This document shows positions 50,513 through 61,976 of a stretch of 64,000 nt of DNA, one piece after another. A program made the position numbers and the translations under genes. The stretch's first letter is position 1. Each line of letters starts with the position of its first letter. Location of the stretch: NCBI RefSeq assembly GCF_964204645.1, contig NC_134030.1, forward strand, positions 293,355 to 357,354, written 5' to 3'. This DNA comes from Tubulanus polymorphus (taxonomy: Eukaryota; Animalia; Nemertea). Below the pieces are notes generated by a model. The model was not told the origin of the DNA and searched no databases. It was given only the letters and a program-made list of their open reading frames with translations.

Positions 50513-51436
50513 ACTTTAAAATCTGCAGTCTACTGTGGCAATCGAGGGGACTGTTCGCGGAAATAGAGGATCCACCAGGTGTCGCTAGTGAGAAATAGGA
50601 CAGAGATCTGCAAGTTTCTTTATGCACCATTTTTTTCAAAAAAAAATACTTTAAACAAGATAACAAATGGGATGAGGTTTTGAAACAGGCGGCGGAGTTC
50701 ATACTGAACTGGATGGCGCATCCTCGTCAGTTACATAATGATAACATAATGTAAATTAACTATTTCACCTCCAATATATAAATCTATATCATTACCGTGA
50801 ACCTACCAAACTCTTGGTCCACCTGCAGGTCTTAGTGACAACTGCTGTTGTGCTGGTTCTAAATGATAATAATGATCATATTTTATTCTATTATCAATAA
50901 AGAATTTACGGAAAGAATAACATACACTACATGGATGGTATCGGTAAATTCTGGTTAAGTCATAACCGATTACCAAATCTTCACTGAGATCCTTAGTGTC
51001 AGCGGTTATATCGCTATCGCGACCCCTTATGGTTCACGCGAGCTCTTAGTACACGTAGCATACACGGAGCTGCGCGAACTGGCCACTCTCAGGACTGGGT
51101 GAAACTAAATCATAAGCGAGTCATTTGGCACATTTTTCAAAACCAACCAGAAGAAAAAGAAATGTTTTACCAACTTAGTCAAGTCAGGCGAGACATTCGC
51201 ACTTTCCCGATATCAATTCTTAATAATAGACCATGGTGTCTACTTTACCTTTAGAACATTTAGAAATGTTTATATCTTTTTGTAAATTCTACATTAGATT
51301 TTAAGTTCGTTTCAAATGAACTAATAATGCACCGTATTTTAACACTCCTCTGGACAATTAGAGTGAAAGAAGTTTTAATTCTCGTTTATATTCTATTCTC
51401 AAGCAGTTTATATCGTTACCGATTTTTATCATTCAG

Positions 51437-51569
51437 AATTGTCGCAGGATATAGCCAAACGGGGTATCCGGTGTATGTGCGATTCAGGCAAAGTTAGCGT
51501 TGCCCTAAAGGATACAGCCGATGTGCTGAACCAGGATGGTTCAATCCTACTTTGTGTTGCTACAAATGA
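51437..51569 (+). pseudogene. Orphan frameshifted exon encoding a six-Cys beta-defensin-fold toxin-like peptide
   Basis: Acceptor tttttatcattcag, then LSQDIAKR|GIRCMCDSGKV and, after a frameshift near 51497, RCPKGYSRCAEPGWFNPTLCCYK*. AATAAA near 51611. Confidence 0.55.
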
Positions 51570-51789
51570 TGATTGTATATCGAGCCAATAATTCGACACT
51601 GTATGAGATGAATAAATAAATATATAAATCTATTCATGCAGTTAAACTTCAGTTTGTTTTCGTCACTGATTTTGCGGGTTGAGATACGTTGTTATTGTAA
51701 GTATTCGGAGGACTGATCGACGCTCACATCACATTGCTGCATTAATATCATCTGTGATACGATCGAACAACTTCTGTAACCATCTGTAA

Positions 51790-52186
51790 CCGGCAGGGTC
51801 ACCTTCGGTTATCTAAGTAATTCGACTATAGTCGAACTAAACGAAACCGAATGTCCGCGTTAGTCTGGAACTATATTCCGGGAACGAAATCAAGCGCATT
51901 CGGTTTTTAGTTCCGACCACTAGTCTAGATATGACAACCGAATTTGGCCATGGTTGTTGTATCGGCAGGCTGGACCAACTTCGGTGTTCGTGGCTAGTCG
52001 ACTAGTGGTCGGAACACAGATCGGGTCGTACAAGTGTCGTGGGTCGGACATACAGCGACCGCGCTCAATCGGCCGTGGTCGACCATTTCTGGACCATAGT
52101 TCCGACTAATTGACATTCGGTTTCGTTTAGTTCGACTACAGTTGAGACAAACTCCGATAACCGAAGTTCGCTCGGTCGGGTGCCGG
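51790..52186. mobile_element. MITE with long imperfect TIRs
   Basis: CTTCGGTTATC..TAGTCGAACTAAACGAAACCGAATGTC is inverted at the right end. A fragment of the same family lies in the GPCR spacers (~11665-11720, 14205, 16740). Confidence 0.75.
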
Positions 52187-52721
52187 GGTTCTGCTGGTGG
52201 CAAGCGAGGATGCTCGATGTAAGTCCTCGGACCGAGATTTAGCTTACATCCAACAAGCCGTGACCGAGATTTAGTTGCAGCCGAGCTTAAGGCAATTTCA
52301 GAGGGTTCAAATTCAGGTTGGAATAATGACGTTTCACGGGATACCGGAATTGATGCCATCTGGGGAATTCCTCTAGCGATATCGGTGAATTTAACAGTGA
52401 CGTGTTGTTTGTTTATTCACTGTTTTTAAGGTAAATTGTTTAATATTGTAGTTTTTCAGTTCAGTAGTTGATATTTAAGGTAAAAAGGGGAATTAAGGTT
52501 AATCTCGCTGAGCCCTGGGGCTCGGGCGCTCACACAGCAGGAAGATTACAGTTTGGGGCCGGGACGACGGGGTCTAAAACTATCGTGAATCGATGACTTG
52601 GCAAAAGTGAAGTCAGTTTTCTGGAGTCTCGTCTTATATTGAACCCGTGGTTAGCCGTAGTAAGTAAGACGCATGCACATTAGTTACCAGTATTGGAAGT
52701 AAAACCCGCATTTATTGCCAT

Positions 52722-53489
52722 CACACACAGGGGTTTGGCGATGAGCTTGGATTTAATCACGGGTTTGGCGATGAGCTTGGATTTAATCACAGGGGTTTGG
52801 CGATGAGCTTGGATTTAATCACAGGGGTTTGGCGATGAGCTTGGATTTAATCACGGGTTTGGCGATGAGCTTGGATTTAATCACAGGGGTTTGGCGATGA
52901 GCTTGGATTTAATCACAGGGGTTTGGCGATGTGCTTGGATTTAATCACAGGGGTTTGGCGATGAGCTTGGATTTAATCACAGGGGTTTGGCGATGAGCTT
53001 GGATTTAATCACAGGGGTTTGGCGATGTGCTTGGATTTAATCACAGGGGTTTGGCGATGAGCTTGGATTTAATCACAGGGGTTTGGCGATGAGCTTGGAT
53101 TTAATCACAGGGGTTTGGCGATGTGCTTGGATTTAATCACAGGGGTTTGGCGATGAGCTTGGATTTAATCACAGGGGTTTGGCGATGAGCTTGGATTTAA
53201 TCACAGGGGTTTGGCGATGTGCTTGGATTTAATCACAGGGGTTTGGCGATGAGCTTGGATTTAATCACAGGGGTTTGGCGATGAGCTTGGATTTAATCAC
53301 AGGGGTTTGGCGATGTGCTTGGATTTAATCACAGGGGTTTGGCGATGAGCTTGGATTTAATCACAGGGGTTTGGCGATGAGCTTGGATTTAATCACAGGG
53401 GTTTGGCGATGAGCTTGGATTTAATCACAGGGGTTTGGCGATGAGCTTGGATTTAATCACAGGGGTTTGGCGATGAGCTTGGATTTAAT
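52722..53489. repeat. 32-bp minisatellite, ~24 copies
   Basis: GGGGTTTGGCGATGAGCTTGGATTTAATCACA in tandem; probably lies in the UBXN4 5'UTR intron (candidate donor near 52431). Confidence 0.95.
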
Positions 53490-53876
53490 TTCCGGGTTGT
53501 TGATAATCTCGCGAGAGTGGCGTTAAATATGAACTGCGAATAAATTCAAAATATCACGGAAATACCTTGTGTTTATATTGTTTATTTATCCGCTATAAAG
53601 TTCTGATAAACAATTGGTCGTTAAGAATCAGTATCCGACGGTCGTGATGCTTTACTATATAAAATCACAAGGGATGAAACGCAGTTCAAGTCGAATAACC
53701 GAACAAAAAATATCTCGCAGTAGTCCTGCAGTGCTTTACCTACTGAGCCACAATGCAACCGTAGGTTCACCCTATTGACCCTATTCCAGCACTGATCCGT
53801 ATGTCCGGGTAGGGTAGGGGCATCTCAATGAACCTCTCTTCATCTCTGTATATTTGTTGTATATTTTATAGATAAA

Positions 53877-56800
53877 ATGAAGTGGTTTGAAGGATCAATT
53901 CCGGACGCAATTCAGACAGCGAGACAAAAACATGCTTTATTTATAGTCTATATATCAGGTACTAGTTCCCCCCTCTACCCCCCTATCACCCCTCCACCCC
54001 TATATGGAACAGCTAACTGACTGGCGGTATTATTGTATTTGTCACAGGTGAAGATGATTTGTCTAAAAACATGGATGAAACTTGGGAAGATGAAACAGTG
54101 ACAAAAATAGCAACGGATTCTAATTGTGTCGCGTTAAAACTAAAAGCTAGTAGGTGAGTTGAATAACCTCCATCCCCTCCCTTCATCCCCCCCTTCATCC
54201 CTCCCCTCATCCCTCCCTCCCCTCCCTCCCCCTGAAATACCTGTGAGTTGAATAGGTAGCCTCCCTTATTCCCCCCTCCCTCCCCCTGAAATACCTGTGA
54301 ATTGAATAGCTAGCCTCCCTTATTCCCCCCTCCCTCCCCTCAATTACCTGTGAGTTGAGTAAGTCCAATGAATAGGCCTCTAGTGTAGTCTCCCCTCCCT
54401 TCCTCCCTTCCTCCCTCTCTCCCTCTCCTTTTCCTTCTCTTCTTCTTCCCTCTCTCCCTCTCCTTCCTCCCTCTCCCTCTCCTTCCTCCCTCTCTCCCTC
54501 TCCTTCCTCCCTCTCCTTCCTCCCTCTCCTTCCTCCCTCTCTCTCTCTCCTTTTCCTTCTCTTCTCCTTCCTCCCTCTCTCTCTCTCCTTCCTCCCTCTC
54601 CCTCTCCTTCCTCCCTCTCTCCCTCTTCCTCTCGTGAATTACCTGTGAGTTGAATAGCTAGCCTCCCTCCTCTTGAAATATCTGTGTGAAGTCTAAGCAG
54701 ACTTGTTACCTTGTGTTGAATATTGAAATGTATTTTGTTTTGTTTTTCAGTCAGGCTTGTGTTCAATTTTCAGAAATTTGTATCCTTTATTTAAAACTCA
54801 CAGAACAATCAATAAGAGCTGCTTATTGAAAGCCCCTCCCCCTTTTACGTGTTCACCTGTCAATCACTCACACACAAGGTTGTTTCTCATAACTGAATAA
54901 TTAATTAGATCATGTGATCTGCGTGCCGAGTACTTATTTCATCGGGGATGATGGAAAACCGTTAGAAATAACGGGCGGACCTCAAACGCCTCCGCAGTTT
55001 ACTCATACCCTCGAGTCCGTCGTTCTACGACATCGGTCAACACCAGAGGGCGCTACAGCGTCGTCATCATCAGCGGAAACCAATGAGAATGCAGCAACCG
55101 TATCCAAGGAAGAGAAAGTCCAGAGAGCGCAAGAATTACTGAACCAGAAACGACTTGAAAAATCTGAAAAAGAGGAGAAGGTAAGATCAGAACCCGGATC
55201 GGTTACAGGTGTAACGAACCCGGATCGGTATCAGGTGTAACGAACCCCGATCGGTTACAGGTGTAACGAACCAGGATCGGTAACAGGTGTAACGAACCCC
55301 GATCGGTTACAGGTGTAACGAACCCGGATCGGTAACAGGTGTAACGAACCCCGATCGGTTACAGGTGTAACGAACCCGGATCGGTAACAGGTGTAACGAA
55401 CCCCGATCGGTTACAGGTGTAACGAACCCGGATCGGTTACAGGTGTAACGAACCCGGATCGGTTACAGCTGTAACGAACCCCGATCGGTTACAGGTGTAA
55501 CGAACCCCGATCGGTTACAGGTGTAACGAACCGGTTACAGCTGTAACGAACCCGGATCGGTTACAGGTGTAACGAACCCTGGAATTTAAATTGTAGGAAA
55601 AGTTGGAAAAGGAAAAAGAAAGAATTGAAGTCGGGAAACAAATGACGAAATTCAAACAGTGGAAAGAAGAGAAAAACGCAGAGGAAATAAAGGATCAAAT
55701 AAAGAAGGATAAATTAGAGGCGAAACAAGCACGAGAAAGAGTTCGCGCTCAAATTGAACAAGATCGGTAAGATTTTAGATTTACTACTCTAAGTCATAAG
55801 TCATTATTTGTATAAGTCATAAGTCAATTTTATGATTGTCCAAGCTAGGACAGTTTGTGACTCCGAGTTGTGACTTGTAAATCACTCGGATAGTTAGTCT
55901 GGTCACCGCTCACCGGACTTCATTGTCGTCGTCGTCATGGTAATAATGAATTGTTTAATTAAAGAGCCGATCGCGCAGCTCGTTATAATCGTGAGAAATC
56001 GGAAAAAGAAACGTTAAAACAAGAAAAACTGAACGAGAAATTGAGGCAAGAACAAGAAACGGCGGCAGTGAATGCAGCTCAGAAGAGGTATAACTCTCTC
56101 CTACAACGTCACCTTCGAGTCAGATTCATCGATAACATTAACTACTGTTTGTATTGTTGTTTAAAATTAGTCTGGTTGCTAGGATACAGTTTCGTTTACC
56201 GGATGGTTCGTCTGTGACGCAGCATTTTCCGTCGGATGATTCATTATCAACGGCTAGACTGTTTATATCACAGGTAATCAGAACCGCTGGTAGGGGGAGG
56301 GGAGGAGGTGGGGAGGGGGAGGAGGGGTGAGACGGGAGCTAGACTGTTTATATCACAGGTAATCAGAACCGCTGGTAGGGGGAGGGGAGGAGGTGGGGAG
56401 GGGGAGGAGGGGTGAGAGGGGAGCTAGACTGTTTATATCGCAGGTAATCAGAACCGCTGGTAGGGGGAGGGGAGGAGGTGGGGAGGGGGAGGAGGTGGGG
56501 AGGGGGTGAGAGGGGAGCTAGACTGTTTATATCGCAGGTAATCAGAACCGCTGGTAGGGGGAGGGGAGGAGGTGGGGAGGGGGAGGAGGTGGGGAGGGGG
56601 AGGAGGTGGGGAGGGGGTGAGAGGGGAGCTAGACTGTTTATATCGCAGGTAATCAGTACCGCTGGTAGGGGGAGGGGAGGAGGTGGGGAGGGGGAGGAGG
56701 GGTGAGATGTGAGGAGATATGAAAGGGAAGGTGAGAGACTCGGTTCTAATGTATTGTATTGTATCATTTCTAGCGTATTGGTGTATCGAATGTATCGTTA

Positions 56801-57435
56801 AGTACAATGTTTCCCAGACGAACGTTTACGGATGACGAAATGAGCGATACATTTCGCAATCTCGGACTAGCTCCGTCTGCTGCTATTATTGTGATACCGG
56901 TGAGTACCACCAGGTGGAGCTGCTCTCTGACTAGCTCCGTCTGCTGCTATTATTGTGATACCGGTGAGTACCACCAGGTGGAGCTGCTCTCGGACTAGCT
57001 CCGTCTGCTGCTATTATTGTGATACCAGTGAGTACCACCAGGTGGAGCTGCTCTCTGACTTATTATTGATTATATTTCAGTCATCTAGTGCTGTAAGTCG
57101 ACCATCAGGGGGCGCCGCTAGTATCGTAACGATGATTCTTGCTCCGTTTATTGCTATTTGGACATTCCTGTATTCATTACTGTTCGGTCGTCAGCATTCA
57201 CCTGTCAATCAACCGGGATCATCATCAGTAGCCACGCCTCCTCCATCCACTGACACTACCGCTACTGGGTACGTATCTCCCATAGTAACCATCAATCGAC
57301 CTGTTGACGACCCGTTGTATTGTTGTGATGTATTGTTTCAGCGGTGTTCGACGTCGTCAAGGGAGATTACACGATTTACGTCCGGATGGAGATGACAACG
57401 CCACCTGGAATGGCAATTCTACGCAACAGATGTAA
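53877..57435 (+). CDS. UBXN4: UBX domain-containing protein 4 (erasin), 10 coding exons
   Basis: Exons 53877-53958, 54048-54153, 54751-54779, 54909-55180, 55597-55766, 55965-56087, 56171-56273, 56774-56899, 57081-57268, 57342-57435. Protein: MKWFEGSIPDAI, UBX ARIQFRLPDGS...FPRR, hydrophobic hairpin, C-terminal NATWNGNSTQQM*. Confidence 0.95.
54780..54908 (+). other. U12-type (minor spliceosome) GT-AG intron
   Basis: Donor GTATCCTTT; branch-like TTTCTCATAAC ~15 nt before the AG; no polypyrimidine tract; splicing restores FSEIYHVICVPS. Confidence 0.8.
55190..55580. repeat. 26-bp intronic minisatellite
   Basis: AACCCGGATCGGTTACAGGTGTAACG in tandem. Confidence 0.95.
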
Positions 57436-57721
57436 ACGGTGCTGCCCTCAAGGGGTTTGTGTTTGAACACTAGATGTCGCCGGTGTCTGTGTGTTAGTTA
57501 AACTAACTGACACTAGGTGTCGCCGGTGTTTCTGTTTTTATTGTTAAATTATTTACCTGCATAAATAATGATTTTCGTCAATTGTACAATAATAAAAACT
57601 TGTAGCTTTTTGTTTGGTGTGGAATAAAATTTTATCACTAACAAAAAAAAATTGTTTTAGATTTTAGATTAGGGTTTGCATCGACACCCACTTACCAGGG
57701 TTCAATTCTACTAGGATTCAA

Positions 57722-58390
57722 TTCCTGATGTTGCTGAATAGAGGATGTACAGGGTTGTCCCGGGTTCGATCCCAGTAATTACTGACACTGATTCAGAGTG
57801 GTCCTGATGCTGAATAGAGGATGTACAGGGGTGTCCCGGGTTCGATCCCAGTAATTACTGAAACTGATTCAGAGTGGTCCTGATGCTGAATAAAGGATGT
57901 ACAGGGGTGTCCCGGGTTCGAACCCGGTAATTACTGATACTGACCTGTTTCGGAGTTGTACTGATGCTGAATAGAGGATTACAGGGGTATCCCGGGTTCG
58001 AACCCAAATTACTTATCAACTGACAAAATTGAGACGTGCTGCCCACTACACCGTCCGGTGCTGCCGCTATGCTCAACATTAGCGGATGTTTCATACACTA
58101 ACGTCAATCGACTCTGGCAATCAAGGAGAGTCCACTGCCAGAGTCAGTTCGTGTTAGTTTATGCAAAATCCGCTAATGTCGATCATAGCGGCAGCACCGT
58201 ACAGTACAGTTTATTGACACCGAATCAGTGTCGATCACTGGGCCCTGATACCGAATTGAGGATTTACAGGGGTCTCCTGGGTTCGTACCCAGTACAACCT
58301 GATATAGAGTTACAGTTAAGCCGCTACTGATTCAGAGTGCGGTCCCGATGCTGCTGAAGAGAGTATAAACAGGGGTGTCCCGGGTTCAAA
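57722..58390. repeat. 76-bp satellite copies surrounding a hairpin element
   Basis: Same unit as 7654-8350; interrupted by the element at 58016-58201. Confidence 0.85.
58016..58201 (+). mobile_element. Hairpin MITE-like element (copy 1)
   Basis: CGGTGCTGCCGCTATG ... CATAGCGGCAGCACCG long stem; near-identical inverted copy at 63645-63831. Confidence 0.75.
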
Positions 58391-59024
58391 ACCGGTCCAT
58401 TGCTGATTAGAGGAGGTACAGATTTACTGTATCCTAGCAACCATCAGTAATTACTGAAATGCCTCGAAACAAAGATAAAAACCAGAGATCCTCGATTATT
58501 TGATACCATTTTTATTCACTATCATAAAACACCATCGATCACGCTACAATTACCCACACGACCTTGAGCTATGTTCTATTGTCAGTCACCACTAAAGCAC
58601 GGAGCAGAACATTACAATTACTAATCTGAAATTGATATATCACAGTTTACGCCCCATTCGTTTTGTCGCTTAAAGTCTGGAATAGATTATGGTAGTTTGC
58701 TAGGGAAAGCGATAGGCAGCTATATGGATAGCCTACAAGTGGATGGCCACACGGCAGACCCAGATAATGCACATATAAGTTTTGCATAAAGCTTTTACCA
58801 GATTTAAATCCACACCATCCATCTCACAGAACCAAAACCACTTGGAATCAAACCTATATTTGTGAATGTGTTCTGTTCGGGCGCTTGAAGGGTTCAGCTG
58901 CATCTGTGAGAACTGCGCAAATATAGATTTCAACAACATCAGAAAAACTAGATAATTTCCTATCGAAATCAACTAAGAATATAATGGGCGTATGAATATA
59001 GCGAAATACCTGCAGGACTGCGAT

Positions 59025-59346
59025 CAATCTACAAACCCTTTTGGTTTACCCCAATCTACACAAACCCTTTTGGTTTACCCCAATCTACACAAACCCTTTT
59101 GGTTTACCCCAATCTACACAAACCCTTTTGGTTTACCCCAATCTACATAAACCCTATTGGTTTACCCCAATCTACAAACCCCATTGGTTTACCCCGATCT
59201 ACAAACCCCATTGGTTTACCCCGATCTACAAACCCCATTGGTTTACCCCAATCTACAAACCCCATTGGTTTACCCCAATCTACAAACCCCATTGGTTTAC
59301 CCCGATCTACAAACCCCATTGGTTTCCCCGATCTACAAACCCCATT
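59025..59346. repeat. 27-29 bp minisatellite
   Basis: AAACCCCATTGGTTTACCCCGATCTAC in tandem. Confidence 0.95.
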
Positions 59347-59967
59347 ATTAGGGTTATACGCATATGTTTCTCAGTGAATAATTTATTTGTTGGAAATAAT
59401 GAAATGATAGAAATCTCTCAAGTTTCCTTTGTGTGAAATAACAATCTGTGAAAAATGCAATATCTTACGCAGGATGACGTCATTGGTGGCCCCAAGAACT
59501 GCATCGAGTAATCAAGAATTTGACTGATTGCAAAATGGCGCTATGATAATTTTGTTATTGCTTCATGCGATGTGATCCAAACTTGACAAATATCCCGAAA
59601 ACCTATCGATTTAATCATTCAAATAGAAATTGAATAAACGCATAGTTGCATGATATTATATAGAAAATGCGAAATATATGAGACGTCTACAAACCGCACG
59701 GGGTACTCCGATTTACAAAAACCGCACGGGGTACTCCAATTTACTCAAGCCCATGTTGTCCTGGACCCCTATACGCAATATATCTCAGTGAATGATTTAT
59801 TTGTTCGAAAACAATCGGGAAATAATGAAATAATGCGTTAGAAATCTCTCAAATAGAAACAGAGCATAGAATCATCTGAATGAACACAAATCCTCTCTCT
59901 ATTGGAGAAATTATCCGTTTAGAAATCTCAACTAGAAACCTGTAGCACATCCAGAACAATAAATGCT

Positions 59968-60950
59968 AAACACCATTGGAGTATCCCGGATCTACGTAAA
60001 CACCATTGCGGTATCCCGGATCTACGTAAACACCATTGGGGTATCCCGGATCTACGTAAACACCATTGCGGTATCCCGGATCTACGTAAACACCATTGGG
60101 GTACCCCGGATCTACGTAAACACTATTGGGGTATCCCGGATCTACGTAAACACCATTGGGGTATCCCGGATCTACGTAAACACCATTGGGGTATCCCGGA
60201 TCTACGTAAACACCATTGGGGTATCCCGGATCTACGTAAACCCCATTGGGGTATCCCGGATCTACGTAAACACCATTGGGGTATCCCGGATCTACGTAAA
60301 CCCCATTGGGGTATCCCGGATCTACGTAAACACCATTGGGGTATCCCGGATCTACGTAAACACCATTGGGGTATCCCGGATCTACGTAAACCCCATTGGG
60401 GTATCCCGGATCTACGTAAACACCATTGGGGTATCCCTGATCTACGTAAACCCCATTGGGGTATCCCGGATCTACGTAAACACCATTGGGGTATCCCGGA
60501 TCTACGTAAACCCCATTGGGGTATCCCGGATCTACGTAAACACCATTGGGGTATCCCTGATCTACGTAAACACCATTGGGGTATCCCGGATCTACGTAAA
60601 CACCATTGGGGTATCCCGGATCTACGTAAACACCATTGGGGTATCCCGGATCTACGTAAACCCCATTGGGGTATCCCGGATCTACGTAAACACCATTGGG
60701 GTATCCCGGATCTACGTAAACCCCATTGGGGTATCCCGGATCTACGTAAACACCATTGGGGTATCCCGGATCTACGTAAACCCCATTGGGGTATCCCGGA
60801 TCTACGTAAACCCCATTGGGGTATCCCGGATCTACGTAAACACCATTGGGGTATCCCTGATCTACGTAAACACCATTGGGGTATCCCGGATCTACGTAAA
60901 CACCATTGGGGTATCCCGGATCTACGTAAACACATTGGGGTATCCCAATC
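59968..60950. repeat. 30-bp minisatellite, ~32 copies
   Basis: AAACACCATTGGGGTATCCCGGATCTACGT in tandem; related to the 59.0 kb unit. Confidence 0.97.
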
Positions 60951-60975
60951 TATAAAACCCAATTTACCAGTCCAT

Positions 60976-61195
60976 CACGATTGGTAAAACACAATATCCG
61001 TGTTGACGCGATGAGGAGAGAATCCCACAATGATAATAAAAAGTCCGAAAATGAAACTTCGAGATAGTAGTTTATTCAACGTTTCGACTATATCCTTCCT
61101 GAAGATGACTATTAGGATATAGTCGAAACGTTGAATAAACTACTATCTCGAAGTTTCATTTTCGGACTTTTTATTATCATTGTGGGATTCTCTCC
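60976..61195. mobile_element. Palindromic Penelope-like terminal remnant with minimal hammerhead motif and 12-bp TSD
   Basis: Perfect 83-bp arms (61014-61096 / 61114-61196). CTGAAGA-T-GACTAT/ATAGTC-GAAACGTT core. TTACCAGTCCAT is duplicated at 60964-60975 and 61196-61207. Confidence 0.75.
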
Positions 61196-61976
61196 TTACC
61201 AGTCCATGTTTTCCTGGACCCCTTATGAAACTGATGTACGCATTATCGAAGAAATACACAATTCGAATTTTCTATGATAAGATTCATCAATTTGAAACCA
61301 CAAAGTTTCGGCTGTTGACTAACGCAGCCATCATCGGGTGGAATTTAGCCAACAACCGAAACGTTATTTGCAGTTTCAAATAAAAATGATAATTTAAAAC
61401 ATATAAAATTGGAATTGTGGGATTTGTTCGATAATCTGCAGTGTGCACGGATTTGAGTATTCGACTACTTTTATACACAATAAGCTCGAAAACAATCGAG
61501 AAATAATGAAATAATGCGATAGACTAATCTCTCAAATAGAAACAGAGCATAGAATCATCTGAATGCGACCAATAATCGTCATCGATTATTTCGTTTTATT
61601 GATTTCTTTTCGTTCGAATGCAATCTGAACAAAATGCGTGAAAACACATCACATCAGAACAATTAATCTTCAGTGAATTCCTCGTTCGAAGCAATCGAGA
61701 AATAATCCGTTAGAAATATCTCAAGTAGAAAGGTGCAGCGCGTCAGAAAATAGAAAATGACCTGAACAAATGAACGTATAACCAATAATCAGTGGAATCC
61801 ATTGTTCGTTTTGTGTTCGAAAGCAATTGAGAAATAATCCGTTTAGAAATCTCAAGTAAAAGCCTGTAGCGCGTCGGGATAAAAGCGATTGTTTCTGAAT
61901 GTTTCGATGTCCATTACAACTGGTTTCATATTCTGTGTGGTTCATACGAAGCTGATATCGTCATCTCCAAGTCATC

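Noticed and set aside
58649-58972. Minus-strand ORF with a hydrophobic start and several Cys, as a second secreted peptide
   Set aside because: No convincing start exon or recognisable motif; possibly a relic, but unsupported.
59963-60962. 330-aa and 279-aa repetitive ORFs
   Set aside because: Translations of a 30-bp minisatellite that is open on both strands; no sign of coding constraint.
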